A DNA stretch of 64,000 nucleotides from an uncultured Acidobacteriota bacterium (GCA_963781755.1 CAWAGZ010000002.1:83325-147324), one strand, 5' to 3'; numbered from the stretch's first letter, positions 1 through 11,527 are shown. Made by a program: numbers and translations. Notes: generated by a model not told the origin, from the sequence alone.

Positions 1-2
1 TC

Positions 3-2752
3 TTCGACCGCGCCGTCGAGCTGGCGCAGCGGGTGATCTCGGCGCTCGGCGCCGAGATCGGCCGCGGCAAGGCGCGCGCCCTGGTGCTGCCGGCAGCGGT
101 CGCGATCCGCGGCGACGGCGCCCGGCTGCTCGACGACCTGCTGCTCGAGGAGATCCGCGCGCGTCAGCCGGAGCTGGCTGCCGACGTCGTCCACCTGACC
201 ACCCACGCCGCGCTCTCCATGGAAGGCCCCCGGTCCCAGGTGACCGCGGGCCAGCTGCAGATGAAGGGTGGCCGGCTCCTGCCGCTGGTCACCCTCGGAC
301 CGCCGCTCGTCGACGTTCCGCCGTGGCGCAACCCGACCGTCCTCGGCCGCTCGCCGCGCTGGGTCCCGAGGGAGGAGCCAGCGGCGACGCTGGCGGAGCT
401 CGCCTTGCTGCCGGCCGCCCGGGTGCTGGGCCCCCTCGGCGTGGGCAAGACACGGCTCGTCCAGGCGGTCCTGCGCTCGGGCGCCCGCACGGCGCTGTGG
501 CGGCCGACGGCCGACCAGGAGCCGGAGCCGACCTTGAGCGACGCCCTGGCGCGCCAGCGCCGACGCCCGCTCTGGCTCGTCTACGACGGCCTGGAGTCGG
601 CGTCCGCAGCCGTCTGGGACGAGATCGACTCGGTGCTCCGCCTCCGGGACCTCGGCCGCGGGCTCCACGTCCTGCTGGTCGGCCGTGCCGGAGCGCCGTG
701 GAGCCCCGCCGCCGCCGAGCTGCCCGAGCTCCACCTCGACGCCCTCGAGGGCGAGGAGTGGGAGCGCGTCTGCGAGCAGCTCTTCCACGGACTCTCGCTG
801 CCCCCGGTGGTCGCCGAGCGGCTCGCCGACGGCGCGGCGGGATCCCCGTTCGCCCTCGAAGAGGCCCTGGTACACCTGGTGCGGGACCGCCAGCTCCGGC
901 AGGTGTTCGGCTCGTTCTTCTTCAGCGGCAACGAATCCGAGGCCCGGTTCGAGCCCGGCCCGCGCCTGCGCCTCCACGTCGAGGCCGAGACCACCCGTCT
1001 CGGCGACCCGACCCCTCTGCGTCTGGCCGGGCTGGTCGAGGAGCCGGTGCCGGCGACGGAGCTGCGCGCGGCCGCCATGGCCCTGACGGCCTCCCCGGTT
1101 CCCCCGACCTGGAGCGACGCCTACGTCGCCGCCGGAATGGTCGAGGTTGCGCTCGGGCCCTGGGGCGACGGACTGCGGCCGCGGATGCCGGCGATCACCC
1201 AGGCTCTGGTCGCGGCGCTCACGGAGGAATCCGTCCTGCGCGCCCGCGCCACGCTGGGCGAGCTGCTGGCGGCGCGCAGCGGCTCCGCCGAGGAGCTCTG
1301 GCAGTCCTGGCCCCTGGTCGCCGGCACCGACGAGGGGGCGCGCACGGCGTTGGCCGCCGTCAAGAGTCGCGGCGGATCGACGCGCGAGGAACAGTTCACG
1401 GCCCTGCGCTCGGAGCTGGCGTCGCTCGCCGAGCGCGGCGGCGACCGAGTGCTCGAGCTCGAGCTGCTCTGGGCCCTGCTGCCGATCGCCCGCCGGCTCG
1501 GGCGGCTGCACGAGCTCGAGCGCGCGATCGACCGTGGCCTGTCCCTCGCCGAGGACCAACCCGAGCGCTTCGTCGCCATCGCCGCCGTCGCGGCAGAGCT
1601 GGCCCAGAAGGAGGGCCGGCTGCGCGAGGCCGAGACCGTTCTGCGCCGCGCACTGGCCGCCGGGCAGGGGGATCGAGGAGCATCGCAAACAGCTCCTGGT
1701 GATCGAGCTCGGGCGCGTTCTCGTGCAGCTCGGACGCAAGGACGAGGCACGCGACCTGTTCGAGAAGACCCTCGAGATCGCCGAGCGCGCCGGGCGCACC
1801 GGGATCGCGGCTCACAGTCTGTTCCTGCTCGGCAACCTCCGCTTCCACGACCTCGACTTCGCCGCCGCGCGCGAACTCCACGGCCGCGCGCTGGAGCTTC
1901 GTCGCACCGCCCGGCAAGCCGCCGCCACCTCGGCGTCGCTGGCCGCCCTCGGAGCGGTGGCCTACGCGGAAGGCAACTTCCCCGCGGCGATCCGCAGCTA
2001 CGAGGAGGCCCGCGAGGTGCTCGAGGGAAGCGGTGCGGAAGTCGAGGAGTCGTGGGCGCTGCTCGGGCTCGGGCGCGCTCTCGGCCGCCTCGGCGACCCG
2101 GCCGCCGCGCTGCCCGAGCTGCGGCGCGCGCTGCAGTTGCGCGAGGGCCGCGACGACTCGCGCGGCGAGGGGATCGCGCGCGCCGCGGTCGCCGAGACGC
2201 TGCTCCAGCTCGGGCAGCTCGAAGCCGCCCACTCCTCGGCGCGCAAGGCCCACTTCGCGCTCGCGTTGCTGCCCGAGAGCGAGGCGCGGGCCGAGGCCGA
2301 ACGGGTGCTCGGCGAAGTCCTCCTGCGCCACCGCCGGCCGGCGGAGGCTTCGACCCACTTCGCGGAGGCCGAGCGACTGTTCCGCGCCGCCGGCAACGAC
2401 CTCGCCCTGCCGGAGGTCCTCGCCGCACGGCTCGAGGCGGCGCTGGTGATCGGGAACGTGGACGCCGTCCGCGACGGCGTGGACGGCGCTCGACGAGGAG
2501 CGCAAGCTCCGGACCAAGCTGAGCTCCGGAGCGATCGCCGACTTCCAGCTCTTCCGCGCCGCGGAATGGCTGCGCCAGACCGGCGCGAAGATCGACGAGC
2601 CGACGCGGTACCTCGAGCGGGCCTATCAGGAGCTGATGCGCGAGACCGCGTTCCTGGCGCCCGAGCTGCGCCAGCGCTTCCTCTTTCAGGTCCCCGACCA
2701 CCAGGCGATCGTCGACGCCGCCACGCAACGCGGCCTGGGCCTGCCGGCCTGA
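3..2752 (+). CDS. P-loop ATPase (STAND/MalT-like) with C-terminal TPR repeats; 5' end outside window; two apparent frameshifts (~1665 and ~2478)
   Basis: Walker A GPLGVGKT and Walker B LVYDGLE in ORF 33..2522. TPR-like helices continue in ORF 1147..3045 (EHRKQLLVIELGRVL...). A third frame gives WTALDEERK...RGLGLPA ending at TGA 2750-2752. Confidence 0.7.
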
Positions 2753-2783
2753 CCGCTCCGCGGCGCGGCGACGGAAGGCGCGC

Positions 2784-3467
2784 TCAGGGAGTCGGCGCGG
2801 CGATCAGGGCGTCGAGCTGCCCGCGCTCGGACGGGGTCAGGTCGCCGTCGGCGAGGAAGAACTCGTGGCCCTGGGCGGGCAACGGCACGTCCGGATGCTC
2901 GAGCGACTGCTGCAGAGCTCCGCAGTCGATCGCTCCCAGCGAGAGCACCGCCGCGCCGTCGCACAGCGACTCGATCTGGTTGACGAGCCGCGAGCGGATC
3001 TCGACCGGCACGCTCGCCGGGAGCTTCTCGGCGATCACGCGGTAGCCACTGACGCCCCGCAGGATCCGGACCACGCCGTCCACGGTGACATGCTGCGGCG
3101 GCAGGATGAGCTCGTCCGTGAGCTCGCGCACCGTGCCGCCGAAGTCCACGTCGGCGACGAGGGCGCCCTTGCCCAGCAGATCGATGTCGAGCGTGCCCCG
3201 GGCGCGCCCGCCACCCAGCGCCACCACCCGCGCGACGTGGTCGCGCACCGAGATCAGCTGGCTGGGCGAACGCAGGCGCACCGTCGCGCCGCCGAGGTCG
3301 AACGGGGCGAGCTCGCCCACCAGGTCGGAGTAGACCCGGTTGAAGCTCGGGAAGCGCAGCTCGCGCGGCGCCGGGGTCGCCGCCGCGAGCAGGGCGACGG
3401 CGCCCGACGCGACGATCAGCGCGACGGCGGAAACCACGGCCCGGGCCCGGGGCGGCTGGAAGCTCAT
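2784..3467 (-). CDS. Hypothetical exported protein
   Basis: ORF from MSFQPP with a hydrophobic signal-like N-terminus; TAGACT hexamer 7 nt upstream of the ATG. Confidence 0.7.
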   Translation of the reverse strand: MSFQPPRARAVVSAVALIVASGAVALLAAATPAPRELRFPSFNRVYSDLVGELAPFDLGGATVRLRSPSQLISVRDHVARVVALGGGRARGTLDIDLLGKGALVADVDFGGTVRELTDELILPPQHVTVDGVVRILRGVSGYRVIAEKLPASVPVEIRSRLVNQIESLCDGAAVLSLGAIDCGALQQSLEHPDVPLPAQGHEFFLADGDLTPSERGQLDALIAAPTP

Positions 3468-3514
3468 CGCGCCGAGTCTAGCCTGCAACACTCGCCGGGA
3501 CGTGCCGGCTGGCC

Positions 3515-6022
3515 TCACGGCGTGTAGCCGCGCGCCGAGCGGGCCTTCAGGCCCCGGCCCTCGACCCGGACCTCGAGCGCGTGGCGCTCGCCCTCCTGGG
3601 CCGGCGGATCGGGCGAGAAGGCGAGCAGGTACTGGCTCCGGAGCTCGCGGTCGATCTGCGCGTAGACCCCGGCCAGCTCCTCGGCCTTGGAGATGAAGAA
3701 GGTCCGGCCCCCGGTTTCCGTCGCCAGCCGCTCGAGCTTGTGACGGATCGCGACCTGGCCCCTGCCGATCGCCAGGCCGATGGTGTAGATGGCCACGCCG
3801 CTGCGCTCGGCGTAGGCGAGGGTGTCGTCCCAGGAGATCAGGCTCGAGGTGTCGTCACCGTCCGAGAGCAGGACCAGGGCCTTGCGCCCGCGTACGCCGC
3901 GGTACTGGTAGAGCGCGTAGACGAGCGCGTCGTGGAGCGAGGTGGAGCCGAGCGCCGGCAGGTCGCGGAAAGCGGTCTCGATCGCGCGCGCGTCCGATGT
4001 CATCGGCATGAGCAGCGCCGGACGTTCCGAGAAGCCGACCGCGAAGCAGCGGTCCCGCGGCGTCATGATCTCGCTCAGGAAGTCGCGCGCCGCGGTCTTG
4101 GCCTCGACCAGCGACTCGCGCATCGAACCGGAGGTGTCGAGCAGCAGCCCGAGGGTCAAGGGCAGGTTGCGCACCATCTCGAACTTCCGGATCTTCTGGG
4201 GCTTGCCGTTGTCCAGCAGGCTGAAGGCGTCCTGGCCGAGGGTGTCGACCAGGTTGCCGGCGGCGTCGGTGACCGTGGCGTAGACCTCGACCAGGTCGAC
4301 GCGCACCTCCTCGACGAAATCGGTCGAGTTGAGCACCCGGAAGTCCTCGACCTCGGTGTCGTTGTCGTAGACCGCGCTGACCGTCAGGTAGGCCAGCTCC
4401 GCGCCCGCGGGAACGTCCAGGTCGACCTCCCAGGGCGGCTGCTCGAGCGTGGCGACGACCTGGTCGTTGAGCTTGAAGGTCACGCTGCGCACGCGCCGGC
4501 CCTCGGGCACCACCACCGCCGCCCGGGCGCGCACGTGTCCGGTGACCTTCTTGCCGCGCGGCGGGTCGAGCAGACGCACCCGGGGCTCGCCCTGCGGCTC
4601 GTTGAGCAGGACCTCGTCGGCGGCGACGACCTTGCCCTGGGCGTCGAGCCCCTCGGCCCGCACCACGATCTCCTTCGGGATGTCGGGCAGCCGCAGCTCG
4701 GCGCTCCAGGGTGGCGCCGAGCGGGTCAGCTGCGGCTTGCCGTCGAGCGAGAAGACGACCTGCTGGATGCGGTTGCCGGAGACGATGGCGTCGGCCCGGA
4801 ACAGGCCGAACACGACGTCCTCGGGCGGCGGCATCAGCACCAGGCTGTCGCGCCCCTCCCGGGCCAGGCCGAGGTCCTGACCCAGGACCGCGCCCGGCGG
4901 CGCCGGCGCGACCTCGGCGACCGCCTCGGCCGGGACCTCGAAGCCGCGCTCGAGCCAGGCCACCTTGCCGCTGGTCTCGTCGCGCACCTCGAGCCGGGCG
5001 ACGAAGCTCTCGCGCGGGCGCAGGGCGCGGTCGAACAGCAGCACCGCCGGGTCGCCCGTGGCCGGAGGCGGGAAGACGAAGCGGTTGCGGAACTCCTCGA
5101 AGACCCCCTCCTTGCGGTCGATGACGCCCGCCACCGTGACCCGGATCTCCTTGCCGCCGTCCGCCTCGACCGCCCCGAGCGGCGCGCTCGGCAGGTCGAT
5201 CCGGAAGCGGGTCACCAGCCGTTGGTCGTGGCGTCCGGGGAAGGAGATGCGCAGCCCGGGCGCCTCGAGCGGGGCGTTGCCCTCGGGCAGCGCGGTCGCC
5301 GCCGCCGCCTTCGCCCAGGCGGCCAGATCGTCCGGGGGCGCGAGCAGGGCTTCGGCTTCGGCGTCCGTCATCCGCTCGCGGTGGAAGCCGAACAGGCCGT
5401 CGACGCCGGTGACCTTGTCGATCGTCTTGGCGTCCTTGCAGAAGTACAGGTCCGGCCGCTTGCCGGTGATCCGTCCGCGCAGCTCTTCGAACTGCTCGAG
5501 CAGGTACTGCATCTCGTCGGTGTAGAGGACGCGCTTGGAGTCGGTCGGCCGCCACAGCCGGTCGTGGCGGTCGACCGCCGGCGCGTAGACGATGGCGACG
5601 CGCGCGTCGGGCGCCACGCCCCAGCGCCAGATCTCGACCGCGCGGAAGGTCTCGCCGCACTCGACCTTGGTGCGCTCGTCCGGCGCGCCGTGGAGGAAGA
5701 GGAGCTGGCCCCGGACGTCGAAAGGCGAGAGGTGGAGCGCCTCGGTCAGCTCGCGCCGCTTCTCGATCCCGGTGACCAGCTCGTTGTCCGGCGTCTCCGG
5801 GACCGGGTCGCGGGCCAGGTACTGCTCGATCCAGGCGCTGCGGGCGGCCTGGGAGAGCTGGCCGACCTCGCTGCGCTGGTCGGCCGACAGCAGCAGGGCC
5901 GGCCCTTCGTCGACGAAGCGCCGGACCTGCTCGGGGGTGAGCTCCGCGCCGGCCCGGCCGGCGCCGGAGGCGAGGCACGCGAGGGCGGCGGCGAGGACGA
6001 CGAAAGCGACGCGTCGGGGCAT
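3515..6022 (-). CDS. Secreted protein with GWxTD-like N-terminal domain, Ig-like segments and C-terminal acidobacterial-type VWA domain
   Basis: Signal peptide MPRRVAFVVLAAALACL; RDPVPETPDNE...DVRGQLLFLHGAPD (GWxTD-like); MIDAS motif LLDTSGSM, LSDGDDTSS and ELRSQYLLAFSP. Confidence 0.8.
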   Translation of the reverse strand: MPRRVAFVVLAAALACLASGAGRAGAELTPEQVRRFVDEGPALLLSADQRSEVGQLSQAARSAWIEQYLARDPVPETPDNELVTGIEKRRELTEALHLSPFDVRGQLLFLHGAPDERTKVECGETFRAVEIWRWGVAPDARVAIVYAPAVDRHDRLWRPTDSKRVLYTDEMQYLLEQFEELRGRITGKRPDLYFCKDAKTIDKVTGVDGLFGFHRERMTDAEAEALLAPPDDLAAWAKAAAATALPEGNAPLEAPGLRISFPGRHDQRLVTRFRIDLPSAPLGAVEADGGKEIRVTVAGVIDRKEGVFEEFRNRFVFPPPATGDPAVLLFDRALRPRESFVARLEVRDETSGKVAWLERGFEVPAEAVAEVAPAPPGAVLGQDLGLAREGRDSLVLMPPPEDVVFGLFRADAIVSGNRIQQVVFSLDGKPQLTRSAPPWSAELRLPDIPKEIVVRAEGLDAQGKVVAADEVLLNEPQGEPRVRLLDPPRGKKVTGHVRARAAVVVPEGRRVRSVTFKLNDQVVATLEQPPWEVDLDVPAGAELAYLTVSAVYDNDTEVEDFRVLNSTDFVEEVRVDLVEVYATVTDAAGNLVDTLGQDAFSLLDNGKPQKIRKFEMVRNLPLTLGLLLDTSGSMRESLVEAKTAARDFLSEIMTPRDRCFAVGFSERPALLMPMTSDARAIETAFRDLPALGSTSLHDALVYALYQYRGVRGRKALVLLSDGDDTSSLISWDDTLAYAERSGVAIYTIGLAIGRGQVAIRHKLERLATETGGRTFFISKAEELAGVYAQIDRELRSQYLLAFSPDPPAQEGERHALEVRVEGRGLKARSARGYTP

Positions 6023-6089
6023 GATGTCTCCGCTCGAAGCAAGCTCCGTTCCGGGCATCCTACGGGGCGCCTGCCCTAGAATGGAGCCG

Positions 6090-7184
6090 ATGCCGACCCG
6101 AGCCCGAACTTCCCGCCCGATCGCAGCCTGGAAGCCCGGAGAGGCGGTCCAGGGGTTCGCCCTCCTGCGCCGCCGTGAGGTGCGCCAGGACAAGAGCGGC
6201 CGCGAGTACCTCGACCTCGAGCTGGCCGACGCCTCGGGGTCGATCCCGGCCAAGGCCTGGTCGGACTCGAAGGCGCTCGGGCGGGAGCTGGCGCCGTTCG
6301 ACTTCGTCCGGTTCTCGGGCCAGGTGCAGAGCTTCCGCGACCAGCTCCAGCTCAAGGTGGACGACTGCCTGCGGGCGACCGAGGCCGACCGCGCCGACGG
6401 CTTCGACGAGGCGCTGCTGATCCCCTCGACCCGGGAGGACCTGGACGACCTCTGGAGCCGCCTCGAGGGGATCCTGGAGGCGCACCTCACCCGTCCCCTG
6501 GCGCGCCGCCTGGCCGCCGAGACGCTGGCGGTCCACGGCGCCGCGCTGCGCGTCCACCCCGCGGCCAAGGCGATCCACCACGCTTTCCGCGGCGGCCTGC
6601 TCGAGCACACGGTGTCGATGCTCGAGCTGGCGGTCAAGGTCTGCGAGAACTACCGCGAGCTGGACCGCGACCTGGTGATCCTGGGCGTGCTCTTCCACGA
6701 CCTGGGCAAGCTCGCCGAGCTCGGCGCCATGCCGGTCAACGACTACACGCCGGTGGGCCGGCTGGTCGGCCACATCATCCTCGGCCGCGACCTGCTGCGC
6801 GAGCGGATCGCGGCGATCGACGGCTTCCCGGCCGACGTCGCGCTCCAGCTCGAGCACCTGGTGCTCTCGCATCAGGGGCGCAAGGAGTTCGGCTCGCCGG
6901 TCGAGCCGATGACGCCGGAGGCGATCGCCCTGCACATGATCGACGACCTGGACTCGAAGCTCGCGGTGCTGCGCGGCCTGAAGAAGGACTCCGCCACCGG
7001 CGCCGGATTCGTCTGGGTCCGCAGCCTCGACCGCTTCGTCTGGCTGGCCGAGGACGCCACCACCGACCCCGGCGCCGACCTGCCCCCGGGCACCGCTCCG
7101 CGGCCCGAGACCTCCGCCGCCGCGGGCGCCGACCGAGAGCCCGACGCGGCGACCCCCGCCATCGACCAGAAGACGATCTGGTAG
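6090..7184 (+). CDS. OB-fold plus HD-domain 3'-5' exoribonuclease, YhaM family
   Basis: LADASGSIPAKAW (OB fold), HHAFRGGLLEH, LFHDLGK, GHI, HLVLSHQG...GSP, IDDLDSK. Confidence 0.9.
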   Translation: MPTRARTSRPIAAWKPGEAVQGFALLRRREVRQDKSGREYLDLELADASGSIPAKAWSDSKALGRELAPFDFVRFSGQVQSFRDQLQLKVDDCLRATEADRADGFDEALLIPSTREDLDDLWSRLEGILEAHLTRPLARRLAAETLAVHGAALRVHPAAKAIHHAFRGGLLEHTVSMLELAVKVCENYRELDRDLVILGVLFHDLGKLAELGAMPVNDYTPVGRLVGHIILGRDLLRERIAAIDGFPADVALQLEHLVLSHQGRKEFGSPVEPMTPEAIALHMIDDLDSKLAVLRGLKKDSATGAGFVWVRSLDRFVWLAEDATTDPGADLPPGTAPRPETSAAAGADREPDAATPAIDQKTIW

Positions 7185-7212
7185 GGGTCCGAGGCCGGGG
7201 AGGACGAGGGGC

Positions 7213-9539
7213 GTGGCGAGGTTGGCGATCCGGTCCCTTCTGACTGTTCTCCTGCTGGCTCCCGCGGCCGCGCGGGGGATCTCGCTCCACGCCGTCCTCG
7301 CCGACGGAGCCACCGGAGTGGAGCTCGCCTTCCGCGCGACCCCCGAGACGACCGGCGATCCCGCGGACACGGAGGTCGGGACACCGAGGTCCACGTCCGC
7401 AGCGGCGAGACCGCGGCGCTGACCCTGGCCGGCAAGGGGGCCTGGACGCTGCGCCTCGAGACGCCGGGCTACTTCGCCCCACCGACGATGGTCGCCTCCA
7501 GCCCTCCGGGCGCGACCTTCGAAGTCCAAGTCTGGCCCACGGTGCCGCTCACGGTGGCCGTCGCGGCCGACCGGAGACAGCCGCTGCCGACGGCGGTTAC
7601 CGCCGGCTTCTCGGCTTCCGATCCCAACGACCACCGCTTCCCGAAGGGAGAGGTGCCCTGCTCCGTCGACGCCGAGACGCGCAGGATCTCGTGCGAGATT
7701 CCGATCGGCGGGCCCTTCGACCTCGCGCTGCGCGCGCCGGGCTACGCGAGCGCCTATGCCTGGGATCTCGTCCACCGCCGCGATGCACCTGCGAAACCCC
7801 CGGCTTGGCGCCTGGCGAGGGGGGGCTCCGTGACCGGTTTCGTCCAAGCCTCCGGCCGCGACCTCGATCCCGCCCGCTGCACCGTGGCGCTCGAGCCGGT
7901 GGTCGCGGATCTCCAAGGGAGCGAGCGCGAGGTCACCCAGCTCGAGAAGCGAGGGGCGAGCGTTCATCCCGACCGCCGCGGGTTCTTCCAACTGGCGGAC
8001 GTCGCTCCCGGCAGCTACCGGATCCGCGCGCACCAGGAGGGCTACACCGAGGCGGTCGCCGGACCGGTCACGGTGGCGAAGGACGAGGAGTCGAGTCTCG
8101 GCTCGCCGCTCGAGCTGGTCCGCCCGTTCGGGCTCGAGGTCGACGTCGAGCCACGCGATCGACACCCACCAGCAGCCGTGGCGGATCCGGCTCGACCGGC
8201 ACGAATCCGCCAGCTCCCGGGTCACCCACGCCTGCGACCTGCAAACCTCGCCCCAGGGCGTCGCGCTCTGCCCCGACCTCTCCCCGGCGTCCTACGCGGT
8301 CCGGGTCGAGGACTCGAGCGGAAGCACGTGGTACGACGACCGGATCGAGCTCCACGGCCCGGGAGCGCCGCTCTGCGTCTCGCTCCCGCTGCTCGAGGTC
8401 TCGGGCACCGTGACCCTCGGCAACGACCCGCTCGCGACCGGCCTGGAGTTCCGCAACCAGCTAGGGGCGGTGGCCATCTCGGCGACGAGCGGCGGAGGAC
8501 GGGCGCTACTCGGTCGTCCTGCCTCGAAAGGACTTCCCCTGGGAGATCGAGATCGGTCCCGCCGGCGACTACCCGTTGAAGCGCTTTCCCGAGATCGATC
8601 TGCGCCCGGCTCCGGGTTCCGGAAGCAGGGTGACCGCCGATTTCGAGCTCTCTCCGGAGCCGAGCTACACGGGCGGGTCGTCGACGAGGAACGGAGGCCC
8701 GGCGAAGGCCGTCGTCGCGGGCCGCAGCGTGGACGACCAGTTCAGCGACCCGGACCGACGACGACGGGCAGCTTCGTCGTGCGCGCGGTGACGCCCGGTC
8801 CGTGCGAGATCCACGCGCAGGGGCTCGCGGGTGTCTCGGAGCGGCGGAGCGTGGCAGCGTCGGAAGACGACGAGTCTTCCGGAGATCGTCCTCGTGCTGC
8901 ACCGCGAGCTCCGCTTCACCTTGCGTGTGGTGGCGCCCGACGGCCGGCCCGTTCCCGGGGCCGAGGTGACCTGGTGGGGCCTCGACCCCGCCGGCGAGAG
9001 GATCGACGCGGACTCCGGAGCCACGGGTCTGGACGGAACGCTCCCCAGTCAGCGCCAGCCCTGCGGACGCCGCGATGGTCTTCTTCGTGTCGGCCAACGG
9101 CTTTCCCCTGCTCGCCCAGACCGCGGAGGTTCCTTCCGACGGCGGGCTCGTGGAGCTCTCGTTGGGCCGCGACTCCGGCGCGATCGAGCTGCTCTACGAC
9201 GTCCCCGGAGGCAGACCCGATCCGACGATCGACTCCCGTCATCCTGCGATCGAGCTCTACTGGCGCGGCCTGGAGCTCGGGTACAACGAGGTGCGCCAGT
9301 GGGCTCTGCTCCATGGCGCGCCGGCCGCGAATCGGGAGTTTCCGTCGCGGATCGCGGCCCTGCCTCCGGGCCGCTACGACGCCTGCTGGGACGACTTCCT
9401 CAGCCGGCCGGGAGCGCGGAGTTCGGTCCTCGGCCCCTCTCCAGGATCGCAGTGCGTTTCGGGCGAGCTGGCGCCGGGCGGGACGCTGACGCTGGAGCTG
9501 CCGGAGTTCCGGCCGCCGGCCTCGGCCGGCGGTGGCTGA
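7213..9539 (+). pseudogene. Secreted protein with carboxypeptidase-regulatory-like (SdrD B-type Ig) repeats, broken by several frameshifts
   Basis: Consecutive fragments in different frames (7213-7422, 7488-, 8410-, 8576-, 8831-, 9075-9539) with motifs DRRGFFQLADVAPGSYRIRA, VVAPDGRPVPGAEV and LPPGRYDAC. May be an intact gene with sequencing indels. Confidence 0.6.
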
Positions 9540-9547
9540 CCGGCCGC

Positions 9548-9970
9548 TCAGCCCCAGGTCGTGCGGTAGAGCATCCAGTAGACGACCACGCCGGTGACCG
9601 AGACGTAGAGCCAGATCGGCAGGGTCCAGCGGGCGATGCGCTTGTGCTTGTCGAAGCGGCGTCCGAGCGCGCGCGAGAGGGTGAGGATCGCCAGAATCGG
9701 CACCGTCGCGGCGAGCACCGTGTGGGTGGCGAGGATCGTCAGGTAGACCGTGCGCGCCGTGCCGGTACCCGGGAAGCGCACCGTGCCGACCTGGAAGTGG
9801 TAGACCAAGTAGGACACGAGGAAGACCACCGAGCAGCCGAAGGCGGTGATCATCACCCGTCGGTGGGCCTCGATGCGGCGGGCGCGGATCAGCAGGTAGC
9901 CGACGACCAGCAGCACCGCCGACGTCGCATTGAGCGACGCGTTCAAGCTAGGCAGGTCGGCCAGGGTCAC
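9548..9970 (-). CDS. DUF420 family membrane protein (CtaM-like oxidase assembly factor)
   Basis: LPSLNASLNATSAVLL...HKRIARWTLPIWLYVSVTGVVVY; GTG overlaps the SCO stop. Confidence 0.9.
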   Translation of the reverse strand: MTLADLPSLNASLNATSAVLLVVGYLLIRARRIEAHRRVMITAFGCSVVFLVSYLVYHFQVGTVRFPGTGTARTVYLTILATHTVLAATVPILAILTLSRALGRRFDKHKRIARWTLPIWLYVSVTGVVVYWMLYRTTWG

Positions 9971-10578
9971 GGCGCGGTGCGCTCGTCGCGCAGCAGGCGG
10001 CCGGCGTCGTCGACCAGACGGTCCAGCGACTTCGGGTCGTAGGCGTCGTAGAGGCCGCGGATTCGGCCGGCGCCGTCCACCAGCACGAACCGGGTCGAGT
10101 GGAGCACCGGCTGCGCGGCGTTGTCCGGCGTGTCCTCGACCGGCTGCAGGAAGCCCTCGCGCACCAGCTTGCGCACCGAGTCCGGGCCGTCGGTCAGGAA
10201 CAGCCAGTCGCGGCCCGCGATGCCGTATCTCCTCGCGTAGGCGCTCAGCACTTCCGGCGTGTCGTGCTCGGCGTCGACGGTGAAGGACACCGACCGGATC
10301 CGCGCCGGATCGGCGAGCTTCGGTCGCAGCTCCTTCATTCGCGCGGTGAGCACCGGGCAGGCGAGCTGGCAGCGGGTGAAGATGAAGTCGGCGATCCAGG
10401 GCGAGCCCGCCAGGTCCGCCAGGGCGACCTTCGAGCCGTCGCGCTCGGTGAGCTCGAAGTGCGGCAGGGTCGCGATCACCGGCAGGGGCGGCCGGGAGCG
10501 CTCGCGGACGTAGAGCGCGCCGGCCACGGCCACCGCCGCGATCAGCAGCCACCAGGCGACGAGCCGCCGCAGCCTCAC
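9967..10578 (-). CDS. SCO1/SenC family copper chaperone
   Basis: FIFTRCQLACP (CxxxC), DTPEVL, HSTRFVLVD. Confidence 0.92.
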   Translation of the reverse strand: MRLRRLVAWWLLIAAVAVAGALYVRERSRPPLPVIATLPHFELTERDGSKVALADLAGSPWIADFIFTRCQLACPVLTARMKELRPKLADPARIRSVSFTVDAEHDTPEVLSAYARRYGIAGRDWLFLTDGPDSVRKLVREGFLQPVEDTPDNAAQPVLHSTRFVLVDGAGRIRGLYDAYDPKSLDRLVDDAGRLLRDERTAP

Positions 10579-11465
10579 CCGCGCGGCCACCAGTGATCTC
10601 CGACCAGCACCGCCAGCACCGCCGGCAGGTAGGCGACCGAGGCGAGCAGCAGCCGCCGCGCGCTGGCCACCCTCGGCCGGCGCGCGAAAGCCAGCGCGAC
10701 CGCCAGGAACGCGCCTCCGAGCACCAGCGCACCGACGAGGTAGACCGCGCCGGCCAGCCCCACCGCGGCCGGCGCGAGCGAGACCGGCAACAGCGCCACC
10801 GTCCACAGCGCCGACTGGCGCGCGGTGCGGCCGAAGTCCGGGTCGTCGATGGTCAGCAGGCGCATCCCCGCGTTGCGGTAGTCCTCGCGGTAGAGCCAGG
10901 CGATCGACAGGAAGTGCGGCAGCTGCCAGAGGAACAGCAGCGCGAAGAGCACCCAGCCGCCGAGCCCGAATTCGCCCGAGGCTCCGGTCCAGCCGATCAG
11001 CGGCGGCGCGGCGCCCGGAACCGCGCCCACGATGGTGGCGAGCGAGGTGTGGGTCTTGAGCGGCGTGTAGGCGAAGACGTAGGCGACCAGCGTCCCGGCG
11101 GCGATCAGCGCGGTCAGCGGGTTGACCGCCAGGGCCAGCTCGAGGATTCCTCCGGCGCCGAGCAGGGCTCCCCAGAGCAGGGCGTTGTCGGGTTCCATCC
11201 GGCCACCCGGGAGCGGGCGCCGCGCGGTCCGCTTCATGCGCCGGTCCAGCTCGCGCTCGACGAACTGGTTGAGCGCGCCGGAGCCGGCCGCGACCAGGGC
11301 GGTACCGACGACCGTGTGGATCAGGCCCGCCCAGGGGAGCTCGCCGGGGGGCGTCGCCAGCAGGAATCCGGCCGCCGTGGTCACCGAGACCAAGCCCGTG
11401 ATCCGGGGCTTGGTCAGCTCGAGCAGGTCGGAGAAGAGCTTCGGCGGAGCCGCCGCGCTGCGCAT
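10575..11465 (-). CDS. cyoE: Protoheme IX farnesyltransferase (heme o synthase)
   Basis: LTKPRI, NQFVERELDRRMKRTARRPLPGG, YTPLK, WQLPHF...YREDY. Confidence 0.95.
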   Translation of the reverse strand: MRSAAAPPKLFSDLLELTKPRITGLVSVTTAAGFLLATPPGELPWAGLIHTVVGTALVAAGSGALNQFVERELDRRMKRTARRPLPGGRMEPDNALLWGALLGAGGILELALAVNPLTALIAAGTLVAYVFAYTPLKTHTSLATIVGAVPGAAPPLIGWTGASGEFGLGGWVLFALLFLWQLPHFLSIAWLYREDYRNAGMRLLTIDDPDFGRTARQSALWTVALLPVSLAPAAVGLAGAVYLVGALVLGGAFLAVALAFARRPRVASARRLLLASVAYLPAVLAVLVGDHWWPRG

Positions 11466-11527
11466 CCCGCCGATGCTATCGCGGCGGGGGGCGCCCCGAG
11501 CCGGCCGGCGTAGGATCGCGGCCGGCC

